NCBI GenBank assembly: GCA_963765895.1
Contig: CAVXZB010000042.1
Coordinates: forward strand, 9,901-73,900
Direction of reading: 5' to 3'
DNA: 64,000 nt
Source: an uncultured Nitrososphaeraceae archaeon
GTDB lineage: Archaea; Thermoproteota; Nitrososphaeria; Nitrososphaerales; Nitrososphaeraceae
Part shown: positions 23,057 to 35,474 of the stretch, piece after piece
Layout: each line of letters starts with the position of its first letter
How positions within the stretch are numbered: position 1 is the first letter of the stretch
Program-made: the position numbers and the translations under genes
Notes under the pieces: model-generated
Told to the model about the DNA's origin: nothing
Seen by the model: only the letters and a program-made list of their open reading frames with translations
Databases searched by the model: none

Positions 23057-24358
23057 GTGTCTTCTCTTAAAAAAATGGCATATCAACAAAACCAGTATTT
23101 TATACTGGCAATAATTGTTGCTCCCGTAGTAGGAATAGCACTCTTTTCATATCAATATTCTACTTTTACTTCTCACAAAATTGTTGATATATCTCTACAG
23201 GATGTAAAATCAGAGACCAGAATTGAAGCACACGACATTTCACAAATATTTACAAACAAGATACAAACTGTTGACACTCTTTTACAAACACTTGTTGATG
23301 CTCCTGCCATACATAACAATGAATACAAAAGAGCGAACATTATTATTGATAATAGACAACACTCTTCAAGTGATATTACTGACTTTTACATGTGGCTTAA
23401 TAAAGATGGCAAAATAAATTGGATAAGCAATATTAATGAAAGTAGCTATCAAAAATATAATGGAAAAGATCTAAGTTTTAGACCATATTATACTATTCCG
23501 AAAAAAACTCACACAGTATACTACAGTAGTTTGATAGAATCGAATGACAAGATTCCCAGACTTTACATATCATATCCTGTCATCAATAGGACTGGCATTG
23601 GTAGTGATAACGGGATAGTTACCGGTGTAGTAGTTGCTTCAATTAGACTCGATAGTTTGGGTAACTTCTTGAAAAACCAGTTATTTCCGCAATTTAATAG
23701 TACTATAGGATTATTGGACAAAAATGGAATAATTCTATACACTACTGGTGCTCAGCAATACGTAGGAGAATATATTTTTGGCAATAAATTTCAATCTGTT
23801 CTCTCATCTCTGTTACACCCTCCTGAATCGAAGAGTCTCCTAAATGACTTGATAAAGGATTCGTTGCAAGGAAATACAGGCTCTAGAGATATTCCCATCA
23901 ATGGTAAAATGAGCACTATTGCATATCAGCCTGTAGTAGTTAACGGTAAGGACTTTCTAATTTAGTATGTTAGTGCACAGCAGAACCTTGCAAGTTACGT
24001 AAGTGCATTAATTAATCAACAGCAAGCCTTTATAGTATCGATTGTAGCAGTTATAAGAGGAGTAGCATTTATCATTGTGTTCTTAGTTTTCTCATGGAAT
24101 AAGAGATTGAAGACGATTGTAAATGCAAGAATAGGTGAGTTAAAAATAGCAAATGATTCTTTAGCAGAATCTAATCAACAGCTTGTACTAGCTAACCAGC
24201 AATTGAAAATCCATGATAAAATGCAAAATGAATTTATCAATATAGCAAGCCATGAAATGAAGACGCCTTGGGCTTTGAACAACCATTCTTTAGATGAAAA
24301 TGGTGGCAGAGGAGCTGTATTTACCTTCAGTATCCCATTAAGCCAAGAGGCGAACTAG
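23057..24358 (+). pseudogene. membrane Cache-domain histidine kinase, disrupted
   Basis: TM, Cache motifs (DLSFRPYY, ISYPV, GVVVASI), TAG at 23963-23965, second TM, then H-box ASHEMKTP joined directly to the C-terminal WALNN...GAVFTFSIP; most of the HATPase domain is deleted. Confidence 0.85.
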
Positions 24359-24370
24359 TTCTCTATAGAT

Positions 24371-24815
24371 ATGGCCACAAATAACAACAACGACGATAAC
24401 AAATAATAATAATAATAATAGGATACTACTAGTAGACGATGAGATCGATATTACAATTGTTTATACCCTGGGTCTTCAGGATCATGGTTTTAAGGTTGAT
24501 GCTTTTAACGATCCCATACAAGCCTTATCAGACTTTAAGAGTGGCTCCTACGACTTCGTGCTTATAGACTATAAAATGCCAAAAATGAATGGATCAAAGC
24601 TATATCAAGAGATAAGGAAGGCAGATACCAAAGTTAAGATCTGCTTTATCACAGCATTTGATGTATATCATGGAGAGATGAAGAAAGAACTTCTGAATGA
24701 TTTGAATATGCTGCATCAAGATAAAGAAGAAAGACTAGATGCAGAATGCTTCATTCAAAAGCCCATCGATATAGACGAGTTAGTAAAACGAATAAAGGTA
24801 GAATTGAATTCATGA
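24371..24815 (+). pseudogene. CheY-like response regulator, +1 frameshift at 24401
   Basis: RILLVDDE...LIDYKMPKMNG...FITA...FIQKP; ATG 24371 is out of frame by one A before an (aat)6 tract. Confidence 0.85.
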
Positions 24816-24884
24816 TATTAATAACATGTATATTACTGGTTACCAGTAATGTTGCTGTTACTGTTAGTGGAGGAGTAGATGTTA

Positions 24885-25280
24885 ATGACAAGTCATGACA
24901 ATCGTACTATAACAAGAATATTGCTCGCCGATAACGAACCTGATTACACTTCAATTTTAAGTATGGGCCTAGAAGGCGAGGGTTTTAAAGTTGATGCATT
25001 TAATGATCCCTGCGGTAGCACTCAATAATTTTAGACCTAACTGCTATTCTTTGGGAATTCTTGATATTAATATGCCCTAAAATGAATGGATATGACTTGA
25101 ATAAAGAAATATGGAAATTGGACAATCCGATAAAGATATGTTTCATGACTGCATCTGAACTATATAATACCTTAACGATCCTACCAGAGGAAATATGGCG
25201 TTATACTAAAATGGTTTATATCAAAGCCTATAGATTTAGATAAGATAGTAAAAGAAATAAGGAAAGAATTGGCTCTATAA
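24885..25280 (+). pseudogene. second CheY-like response regulator, several frameshifts
   Basis: RILLADNEPD...VDAFNDP / ILDINM / PKMNG...FMTA / FISKPID spread across frames. Confidence 0.8.
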
Positions 25281-25978
25281 CTAAAGTATCCGAATTTGCT
25301 AGGTCTATAAAAGCTCTTGAGACAGAGTATTAGATGAGACCTTCATTGTCACGAATTGTGGCAGCATTTCAGTAATATAGGCAAGGGCCTGACGGAGTGT
25401 TTACTGCCAAACTCCTGTCTTCAATATCCAAGATTGCAGCAGCGTGCCGGCGATGCCGGTGAGAAGACTACCTTTGGAGAATTGCAGGTATCGAAGCCCA
25501 TGAGACCCCATCCTCATCTTGTTCTTTCATACTACTGGTTGCAGCATGTCAGAGCTGCCGGCGACTGACCTGAGTCGAGCAGGGCTCACTTTACTTGCAA
25601 CAAATTGTAGCTTCGTCGGCGATGCCCACGATGGACCCTCGGAATTGACTGACTCTAGCAGTCATTACTACTTTAACGACATGATTATGAAATTGCATTA
25701 TAAGACCGCTCGTAGAGTCAGTCAAGTGCTCTACTAAAGTCACCTTTAGCTCAGCGTGGTAGTTGACTAGTTTGTTAATTTTATCCTCGGAACTAGGAAT
25801 ACCAAAATGTTTAGGTCTGAAATAACTATGTAAAGGGGGTTTTGAAATCGTTTATATCAATTATTGCACAGACATAACTTTGAACAATAGAGTGTTTGAA
25901 AAGAACAATCATATCTTGGCTGTATATACTAATAAAGATAATGAACTGGAAGATGCTTTGCACTTTTTAAAAATTGGT

Positions 25979-27001
25979 GCTCTGTTGCATGATCAATTAG
26001 GATTTAATTCATTTATGCAGATGATTATGATTATGCCATTTGATTGAACATGTTATACAGAGTTGCCTTTAGAAAGATCTCCTTTACCATGTTAGGAAAT
26101 TTTCTAGCTGTTACATGTTCACCAAACATTCTTTTAATAGATGAAAAGGCAGTTTCTGCCATCCATCTGTACCCATAATTCACTCTGCGCTTCCATCTTT
26201 TGAGGTTTGCATGTTGTCTCATTACAGACATATTCCTAGCATGACAGTTAGTCGGTCTAACCTTGGAATTACTTCTTGTCTTTATACCAGGCTTAATGTG
26301 GTTCTTTGATAGGTATCTAAAATTGTTATTGCTGTCGTACATACCATCTGCTAATATGCCTTTTACATGATTACCTCCAGCAGCAGAAGAAGAAGAAGAA
26401 GCATTGTCTACCAACTTACTTAACATCTTACCATCATGTACTTCTTCACTTGTTACTTCCAAGGACAGGATTCTTTTCCTCTTGATGTCAACTGCCACAT
26501 GTATCTTTAGATATCCTTTTCTAACATGCCATTTATGCCGCATCCATTCTCCACGATTAGCTACTTTAATGCCAGTGCTGTCTAAAGCATTGACAATATC
26601 ATTTCCCAATCTTTCATTGATTTTAATTTCCAGTTTGTTTATACGTCTATTGATGGTACTATAATCTGGTATGCATGGTACTTTAGTACTTGCGTGAGCT
26701 ATGACTACACCCTGTGTTTGTCTATATGGTAGATGGAAATATGCTCTCATGTAGCCTAGGAGCTGAATAAATGAATCTGGGTAGGCGTATGGTTCACCAA
26801 CCTTACCATGGTTCATTTGAGATAATTCATGATCCCAACCATCAAGTACATCATAATCCAAGAGTACATTGACCACGTCTTACTAGTGATTCATTGTACG
26901 AAGGCCAGTCAATCAAATTATTACATAATTACTACTGGTAAGCTAAATGCAGATTGGTCAAATAAGCAATACCTACAACATAATAAATCATGCAACAAAG
27001 C
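25979..27001 (-). mobile_element. IS5-family (IS903-like) insertion sequence, 1023 bp
   Basis: 15-bp TIRs gctctgttgcatgat / atcatgcaacaaagc (1 mismatch); flanking duplication aaaaattggt at 25969-25978 and 27002-27011. Confidence 0.92.
26031..26916 (-). pseudogene. IS903-like DDE transposase, frameshift near 26870
   Basis: TTG 26916 gives MIDWPSYNESLVRRGQ, out of frame with the main ORF; DSTG, KIHVAVD, ADGMYD and Y..RW.AETAFS motifs present. Confidence 0.88.
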
Positions 27002-28559
27002 AAAAATTGGTTTAGATAACAATGAGGCATCTCTGCTTATCATTAACGAGCAAGGTACAAGCAAGGACGAGATTCAAGAAAGAATTCATAGGAAATACAA
27101 TATGACTTATGATTATATAGAAAAGCTTCAATCGAAAGGCGATTTATCTATCGTGACTTCTTCTGAATGGTATCTTTCTAATCATGGTAGCGAATCCAGC
27201 GGTGTTGGCGGCCACATTGGAGGTAAAAGTAGCATCCAAAACAAATCGATGGTAGATAAAGAAAAGGTTAGACAATCGTGGATCAATTTAGTCAATAACG
27301 CCGTGAGCAGAGGAAAGATAGGAGCCAGGGTATTTGTAAGTACAAATCTATTCTTTAGACTTGGATTAACAAAGGAATTTTTAGATTATGAATTCATGCT
27401 TCCAGTTAACTTTGATTTTCCGATTGTTGTAATGTGCGCATATCAAGCTAGTGATTTATCATCATCATGTACAAGCAGTGAAGAAACTAGGAAGCTTTCA
27501 TTACATCATTCATATATACAGATAGGTGCCAAATATGATGTAATTGAAAATCCTCCCGCACACGGACATATCGCTATTCTATATGATAATGAGGATTATC
27601 GAGACACATTAGTTACAGATTATATCAATGAGGGATTAAAAAGAAGACAGTTATGCGTTTATGCTAGCATACAATTCCGAAATAATGCGCATCTAAGAAA
27701 AATTAAGTCAAGGATTATTAATTTTGATGACAATATTAAAGTCGAGTATCAAAATAAGCATTTTGATGAATGCATCGAACTAGAAGAATGGTGGCATAAA
27801 AGACCAGTCGAAGCATCTGTTCTATGCCCTTATCGTAAATCATTAATAGATAAATTTCCATATGATTATCACAGATATCGTGTGTTTGCTAATCATGATA
27901 CAATCATAGATGAACGTGCACAAGTAATCGGTTCCTTTATTTGGAGGCCACACAACAATAGTAACTATAGTAATAATAACACCGCCAAGTTAACTACTTA
28001 CAGTAAAGTAAAAACGTCCGCAACATCCGTAACATAACAATAGGGTATGTATCCATACTGTCGCAATACTGACTAAAAAATGAGAAAGATTTATTTGGTA
28101 TCAATTCATCTATTTGCCGCAGACAGAATTAAATGCAGCATATACTATGAAAGGCAATGGGAGACGAATTACTTATAATCGCCTGCATACAAGAAAAAGA
28201 GCAAATGTTACCAATAGCTTCACTCACGTAACAGTCCCTTTTCCAACTAATATCTAATTGTGGTTACCTATACAAACTATAACCATGAATGCGTGGTTCA
28301 GTTCTAATAAAGCAGTACAAGTGATAGATTCATTTTCCCACAAGCCTACGCAAGACCTCATTTTATTTCCAATTGTAAATGAAAGTTTTCTAGAGATGAT
28401 CTGACTTATTTATGGATTAGGATGATAAGTCCTTGCATAACTGGCAATACGCAAATATAATTGGAAATAATATTAATTTTGTATTGTACGATTAATATGG
28501 TGTCCTAGATATTTGAAATTCTAATTTATGGAATTTTCGCTAGATTGCCGTTACGGTAT

Positions 28560-28799
28560 CTAATCAAAGAGATTTCCAATGACCTGTAACGTGAATCCAA
28601 CGACAAGTAATAGTGCTCCGGCCTGTGCAATTTGAGTTTCTATAAGCCTATGCTTTTCTTCATGCACATTATAAGATTCGTCAGTTTCTGATTCCTTCCT
28701 TATAGTTCTCTTACTACGAAATATCCTTCCATACGCGATTAACACTGATGCTATTAGATTAAAACCAAGTCAGATAATTGTTATTGAATTAACTGACAT
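28560..28799 (-). pseudogene. small two-TM membrane protein with in-frame TGA
   Basis: MSVNSITII*LGFNLIASVLIAYG...AGALLLVVGFTLQVIG. Confidence 0.55.
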
Positions 28800-29618
28800 T
28801 ATATCTCACTAGATCTTTTATCTAGGTTAGTTATTTTAATTAGGCGCAACTTGCAGTATTTTTATCAATTGATTTAATGTTTTTCTTAATTAGAGCATAG
28901 GAAATGAATTTATGATCATGTCATACAATATCACTAGCCAGAAATGGTCTTGGCAATGCTATCGAGACAAGATTCTATGAGCCAATAGATGAGTAGTTTA
29001 ACAGGTGCTAGGAATTCACAACGTCATCTTAAGTAGACATAATGTCTTTCATAGAATCTATAAAGCAGATAATGGACCTTAGAGACTAAAAACCCATGGA
29101 ACTAGCAATTTAATTACACGGTATAAATATTGTCTGGATCTAGAAGATGTAAGACAAAAAGACGAAGAGCGAAATCATACACAATGGTCTACAGACCTGT
29201 TATTATTCCAAAATTTGAGATTAGGTGGTGGATTTCTTTTTATACAGTGCAGTAAATATGTCATATTAATATACCATATAGTATAACATAATTTCGTTCT
29301 AATGATTGGAAAATGTGATAATTGTGGTCTGGAAAATGTCGAGATAATGAGTATTAGAAAGGAGAATTCATCGGATAAATTAAATTTATGCAATCAATGT
29401 AGACCCGCCGATGGTGCATATGGATATTGAAAATTTTAATATCCTTTTACATAATGAACTTCGTATACCGTTCTGAGATATTATATAATATATTTAGATG
29501 AATCTGAAGCCAAACCGAGATTATACATGCCTGTCACATACAACACTTGATGGTTCTTGTTTTGTGCTATATTCAGGTCATCTCATAATTAGCCTAAGAG
29601 ACTATTTAATACATCGAA

Positions 29619-30026
29619 TTACGTTATCGGCCCGCTCAGCAGGCGTATATCTTTGTGGCTTAAAATGGGATCATGAATCATGCATCCAAGGATTATTTTA
29701 TTTAATTTGCATATTGATATGTGTTTTTCTATAACGCCTTCTATTTCTGAGGATAACGAGGTTGGTAAGTCGCTATATTCAAATGCACTCATTAGGAGGA
29801 TCTTTACACTAGACTTTATCTTTTTTATTTCCTTGACGAATTCACAGCCGTTCATACGAGGCATCTTAATATCTGAGATTACAAGATCGTAATCAGCGAA
29901 ACCCGACCTAAACGTTTCTAAGGCTTCTAATGGATTGATAAAAGGTAACGCAGATAGACCTACTTTAACTAGACTAACCTTGATTAGAGATGCGATATCA
30001 AAATCGTCATCCACCATTAATATCAA
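29619..30026 (-). CDS. single-domain response regulator receiver
   Basis: ILMVDDD, ISDIKMPRMNG, LMSAF; the conserved KP is KH here. Confidence 0.85.
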   Translation of the reverse strand: MILMVDDDFDIASLIKVSLVKVGLSALPFINPLEALETFRSGFADYDLVISDIKMPRMNGCEFVKEIKKIKSSVKILLMSAFEYSDLPTSLSSEIEGVIEKHISICKLNKIILGCMIHDPILSHKDIRLLSGPIT

Positions 30027-30826
30027 CCGTGCATGGTATTACTTATTACCAACTTATTTAATGTCTACCTTGACTTAATTAACTAAATAATGAAAAAATA
30101 GTACATAATAGCTGATAATGAAGATTTTTATTCTATTTCTGATTTCAGTGATTAAATACCTAAATTAAGGACTTGTCTGACTTTTTAGAGTAATATATTA
30201 ATTCCGCAGATTTTTACTAGTATTATGTATACTATATTCATAATTATAATTATAATTATAACACAATTATTCGGCCAGATCTACTTAGAGGTGGAAAACC
30301 AAAACAAATAGGCCTAGTATAGGTTGTAATGATGTCGTATACTTTCCGAACGAACACTAATTGAATTATTTTCCTAATACAGATTAGTACTTGATTTCAA
30401 ACTAATATATTGTAGGGTACTGGTGACTGCTAACAGATACGTTTGTTTTATAATCCATTCATAAGTATTTTGTATAAATTACGAACTTTCTCAATACGAA
30501 ATAAAATCATCCGAACTAGACTCAGTCAAAAAAATGGATTACCACTTGTAACCACTATCTACATAGATTTAAGCATCTGTTTAGATGGCTCTACAATCAG
30601 AGGGACAAAGATGATGCAATATCACGATCAGAATTGGTATTGTCAATTTCACTTCGCTTAGATTGAGTTTTCTTCTATCTGTATTTCATCATAGCAGACT
30701 TAGTATATCCATTGTCTAACGAGCTCTTGTGTTAGTTACATTGGCAAAGTTATTCATCAACCAGACATGATACATCAATAATTCCTGAATCATACAAAAA
30801 ATAGTGATGGTAGCAATCATTACGTC

Positions 30827-31284
30827 TTAAGTAGATATTCCTCCTCTTTTACTCATATCATGGATAACTCTGTTGCGATTAGCAGGTTGTCTAGTGTGCT
30901 GGGTAACACCTCCAACCGAAATCCGGTCATTTTCATTTTGCTTGTTGTACCAATCTCCCAAGGTATTTTCTGGACTATCACCTGAGTATGATGTTGCAAT
31001 GTCACCAAGGTTCCTATCACGAAGCTCAGTGGCAACTAACCCTCTAATTTGACCAGCAGTTACAGTTTTATCTTCTGTTTGTTCTTGTGTCTGTTGCTTT
31101 TCATTATCACCACCAACATTTCGACCTATGCCACGTTGATTATTCCTTTTTTTAGATTGTGAATCTTGATCAGTGGATACCTGTTTTGTGATTTTGTTGA
31201 GCGCACTACAGATAGCAAGGGCTATTGCTATAGTGCTTACTGCGATATATCTCCACTACGTGCCTTTTTAAAGTACAATTTCAA
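30827..31284 (-). pseudogene. membrane-anchored/secreted hydrophilic protein, start frameshifted
   Basis: stop-free frame of ~140 codons, WRYIAVSTIAIALAICSALNK...GGIST*, missed by the ORF track; upstream TTG (MKLYFKKAR) is off-frame. Confidence 0.5.
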
Positions 31285-31626
31285 TTGCAATACCTATCTA
31301 TACATAGAAAGCCATTTCTAAGATGAAAATTAGTAGAAATTACTAGATATGCTTATGATAGTGTATCTGTGTTGGCACAAATTATATTACAAAATATAAT
31401 GCTATTACCCGTTCCTTGGATTTGGCTTTGATAGAATTGCCTTCTCTTTATTTACTTGTCATTTTGCTGAAGTTAAGTTGTATATTACGGTGTTGTATGT
31501 TTGTTTTTCTATACGTTGGAGTTGCATGTGTTTTATCAATGGTGCTGCTTACTCCATTATGGATTTTGGATGAGATAGTATAATATTTACTGTCCCAAAT
31601 ATCCAATAAAGTAGATAATTAAAGGC

Positions 31627-32642
31627 ATGGTTAGGACTACTACCACTAAAATAAGAATACTTTGTATTACTCATGAACAAGATGTAGATGGTTTGTTCTG
31701 TGGAGCAATTTTGAAGAATGCTTTTCCGGATACACTAGTCTTCCTTACAAATTATGGACATGAAAACATAAAAAGAATCGCTGATGTAATAAGATTTAAT
31801 GTGAATAGATCAAGCAAGAGTGGCACAATTGTAATTTCTGATTTAGCACTTAACAACAACAATTTAGAAGATGTCAAATCAATCGAAGAAGCTGCCAATC
31901 AATCGAAGAGAAAAGGATGGAATTTAGTTTGGTTAGACCATCATTGTTGGCAAGGAGAAATAAGAAGAAGAGTACAATCCTTTGCTACTCTTATCTTATC
32001 AGAAGGTCAGGAACAAAATTGTGCTTCTGAACTTGTAGTCAAAAATTTTGATTTAAAGAAAAGAACTGCATGTGAAAGAATGGCAAAGTTTGCACACGTT
32101 TTCGACTTCAGATTACCAGAATCAATACTTTGCCGCCACTGCCTGAGATTATTACATTTTATCGTAGTCTCCCTGATAGATACGGAAAGTTACAGTTGAT
32201 AATAAAGAAGGCATCAAAAGGGATATTTTGGGACGAAGAGTTACAGGAAGAGTACGAAAAACAGTATCTGCCTCTCAAAGAATGTGCTATATTATCTGCG
32301 ATGAAATCACTTTCAATACATAATATACAGGGTTTAATTGTTGCTATAACTGAAGCCCCAAGAATATTGTCTAAAAGCTTATTGGCAGACAAAATATTTC
32401 AAGATAGAACAAATGTGACACTTGTAGTATTATATGCCAAAGACGGAAAAATAAGTATCAGAAGAAGAACTGGAACAGATATAAGATGTGATTTGATCGC
32501 CTATAAATTAGGTGGCGGAGGTCATAGTTATGCCGCAGCTGGAATTATAAAAAGTTACGGAGAAGCAGCAACAACATTGACCGCTCCAAGAATAGTATAA
32601 GAATTACAAAATACTCTGAAAGATATAGTCTCTAGACATTAA
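31627..32642 (+). pseudogene. DHH/DHHA1 family phosphoesterase, frameshifted
   Basis: HEQDVDG, ISDL, WLDHH, CASE, SIR and GGGGHSYAAA motifs; frameshift near 32128 and TAA at 32598. Confidence 0.9.
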
Positions 32643-33613
32643 TGTTTTTAGTCTTACTGGATATTTTGTGAATAGTAAAAGTCGACTAGTTATCATATTA
32701 TTATCCCAATGAAATAACTATCATGAACATTTGATCAAACATTGATAGGCAACAACATTGAACTCCTCTACATGCAGGGACCTAACCCCTTGGACCCACC
32801 ATAAAGTTGTTTCAAAGTTCAAAAACAGAAAGAGATCTCACTAGGCTCGTTACTACGTTATGTTTATGCATAATCATATAAGGGAGCCTCAAATGTTTAG
32901 AAACAAAGTATTTCAACCAGCATTAACAGGTACAAAATGTTGTACATGATGTAAATCTGTACAAAATAAACAGAAACGATCTACAAAATTATTGATGAAT
33001 GCGAATCGAATAATAAAATTATTATCAAATGCCACTGCTGTAGCTATCAAACTAATATTGAAAGAGAATATGCACATCATAGAATATTGATACATTCGTG
33101 TAAATTCGCTTATCCATCACAAATAGACATGGAAAATATTGGAATTAGAAAGTTGGAAGTGAGAAGATATGAGCAAACAGCTAATTGAACGAAATGAAGG
33201 AGGATACCCTATAGCACAAGCAAACAGTTTGGTCAAGAGGAACGGCAACCCAGCAAATGTAATCATCGGTGATTTAATCGCATCCCATATTATCTTATTT
33301 GCGAAAGGTTTATCCTGAGAAATTAGGGAGATGATGTTTTTACAGGTTCCTTATCTTTTTATAGTGATAATTAAGGATGATATCTTCTGGCTGGCATTTT
33401 AAATGTAATAATGCGGTCTCCGAACATTTCTTAGGTCTCCTATTCTAACACTACACTGAATTAGGAAACAACCCAGCTATCATGGTGTTTATGTGATGCC
33501 ACATCCAACTCTATAGATCACTGACAAATTGTATCACATCCGATTCCTATTATGACCACCACCAACAGTGATCCAAAGGGAAAAATGGTATTGATCATAG
33601 GAGGAGGCGCGCA

Positions 33614-33913
33614 TGCTCATATTTCAGGTCACAAACCAAGCTATCTATACACATACAAGACAAAATTAGTCTGAGCTCGATAAACGCTAAAATTATCAGT
33701 ACTTATGATAGATTCACTGGCTCAGAAACAATCTGGCGACAGTACAAATTCAGATATCTATAGATAGTAGCAATTAGTGAATGTAAAGCAAAAAGTATAT
33801 AGTTCATAAGCAGGTTTTAACATATCGGATAATATTTGATTCGAATCCGGTTTAGTTATATCGGAAAAACTGTTCTAAGTGGATATGCGAGCATACCACA
33901 TTATAAATATTTT
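33614..33913 (+). repeat. dispersed non-coding repeat, full copy A
   Basis: aligns with 61812-62120: acaagacaaaa..ctgagctcgataaa.gctaaaa.tatca.tactt.tgat.ga...tcagaaacaat.tg..gacagtacaaatt.ag.atatct.tagatagtagca. Confidence 0.85.
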
Positions 33914-34614
33914 CAAAAATGAGACATTATAAGTATAGACGGACTGTTCTATATACATAGACATTGATGAGAACATTTCATTTATAAAAGCCATGGGTGC
34001 TTGTTATGTACTGCCTGCCATACATCAGATCATGCTAGGTTAATATGTGGTTGCTCATGATGGCGTGCCAATTCATGCACTTGTACAGTTCCAACAATTC
34101 TCTCTATTAGTAATTCAATCGCTAACACGCCCAGGAATTTTGCAATTAATTAGCCGGGGTCTAATCAAGTGTTCTACCATGGTTACCATACCATGTTATG
34201 AGAAAAGCGATGATCTGACCATCGGGTTTAACGGCTTTGCATATAGCGCGGGACTATAGTAGTGACGGACTTAAATTCATGCTTAGTCTTGCAGTGGGGT
34301 AGAGGCAAGAGTGGATTTTACGTCCAAGTGAAAAAGAAGTATATCCCACAACCGGGTACAGCAGGCTTAGGCAGGGGCTAACTTGGCCAGAGGTGGTACG
34401 TACGGTACAGGTCACCAATTAAGTAGACGGTATATACAATTACGAATCACGAATGGTAAGTTATTATTAGATATTATCTATTTTTTAATCGCCGTTCGTT
34501 TGCATTACATTGCAAGAGAATGCAATATTTTGCAGTATACTCCACTTATTGTATATTATATGCGTTATTTAGTTGTTTATATAGTATTTTATATAATGCT
34601 GCGCAATCTTTAGT

Positions 34615-35474
34615 ATGAGAGCTGCACGGATTATAAAACCGAAAGAAGCACTGAAGGTACAGGAACTTGAGACTCCAAAACCAAAAGGTTCTCAAGTGTT
34701 AGTTAAAGTGTTGTCATCAGGTGTATGTCACAGTGATATTCACTTATGGGAAGGAGGGTATGAAGGACCAGGAGGCACGTTTCTAAAAACCACGGACAGA
34801 GGTGTGAAATATCCGGTAACACCTGGACACGAGATTGCAGGAACTGTAGAAAGTATAGGTGAAGAGGCAGAAGATCGATTTGTCAAAAATGATAAAGTTC
34901 TGGTATATCCTTGGATTGGCGAAGGAACATGTCCTGCATGCAGAATTGGAGAAGAAAATCTATGCGATAAACCCAGATCATTAGGAATATATAATGATGG
35001 AGGATACTCAGATCATGTTCTTATTCCAAGCTATAGATATCTCGTAAAAATAGAAGATGATCTTGATATCAACGAAGCTGCCACACTATCGTGCTCTGCT
35101 CTTACAGCATACAATGCCGTAAAGAATGCTAGATTACGACCAGATGATAATGTTGTAATCGTTGGAACAGGAGGATTGGATTTAATGGCTATGCAGCTAG
35201 CCAAGGCCATCGCTGGAGCGAAGATAATTGCAATAGATTTAGAAGATGACAAATTAAAGGTCGCAAGAAAGGATGGACATGCCGATAATATAATTAATTC
35301 AAAAAAAGAAGATCCAGTAAAAACAGTAAGGAGATGGATGAATTAGTATCATTGGCAAAAAGAAAGATAATCAAACCAGTAGTTTCAGATAAATTCAAAT
35401 TGGATCAAGCAACGGAGGCACTCTCAAAACTAAAAGATGGTAAAATCATGGGAAGAGGAGTGATAACTCCTTGA
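34615..35474 (+). pseudogene. adh: Zn-dependent (MDR) alcohol dehydrogenase with internal deletion
   Basis: GVCHSD, PGHE and C..C..GEENLC motifs; GTGGLD replaces GxGGLG; after DPVKTV the sequence jumps in another frame to EMDELVSLAK...GRGVITP*. Confidence 0.9.

Larger units (their letters stand above)
25880..28037 (+). pseudogene. tandem MEDS-domain sensory protein interrupted by IS
   Basis: removing the IS and one TSD gives MNNRVFEKNNHILAVYTNKDNELEDALHFLKIG|LDNNEASLLII...MCAY; second MEDS domain HIAILY...YINEGL...LCPY appears internally shortened. Confidence 0.85.

Noticed and set aside
26829-27001. N-terminus of the 402-aa ORF as genuine protein
   Set aside because: It lies inside the IS903-like element
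28770-28772. In-frame TGA/TAG codons as Sec/Pyl recoding (also 23963 and ~62916)
   Set aside because: They fall at non-catalytic positions in genes with other lesions or in TM segments; simple nonsense mutations are more likely
34250-34420. GC-richer stretch resembling group II intron domain V or an IS605 end
   Set aside because: Only gtacgtacggt is reminiscent; no complete domain V hairpin, RT or TnpB remnant was found
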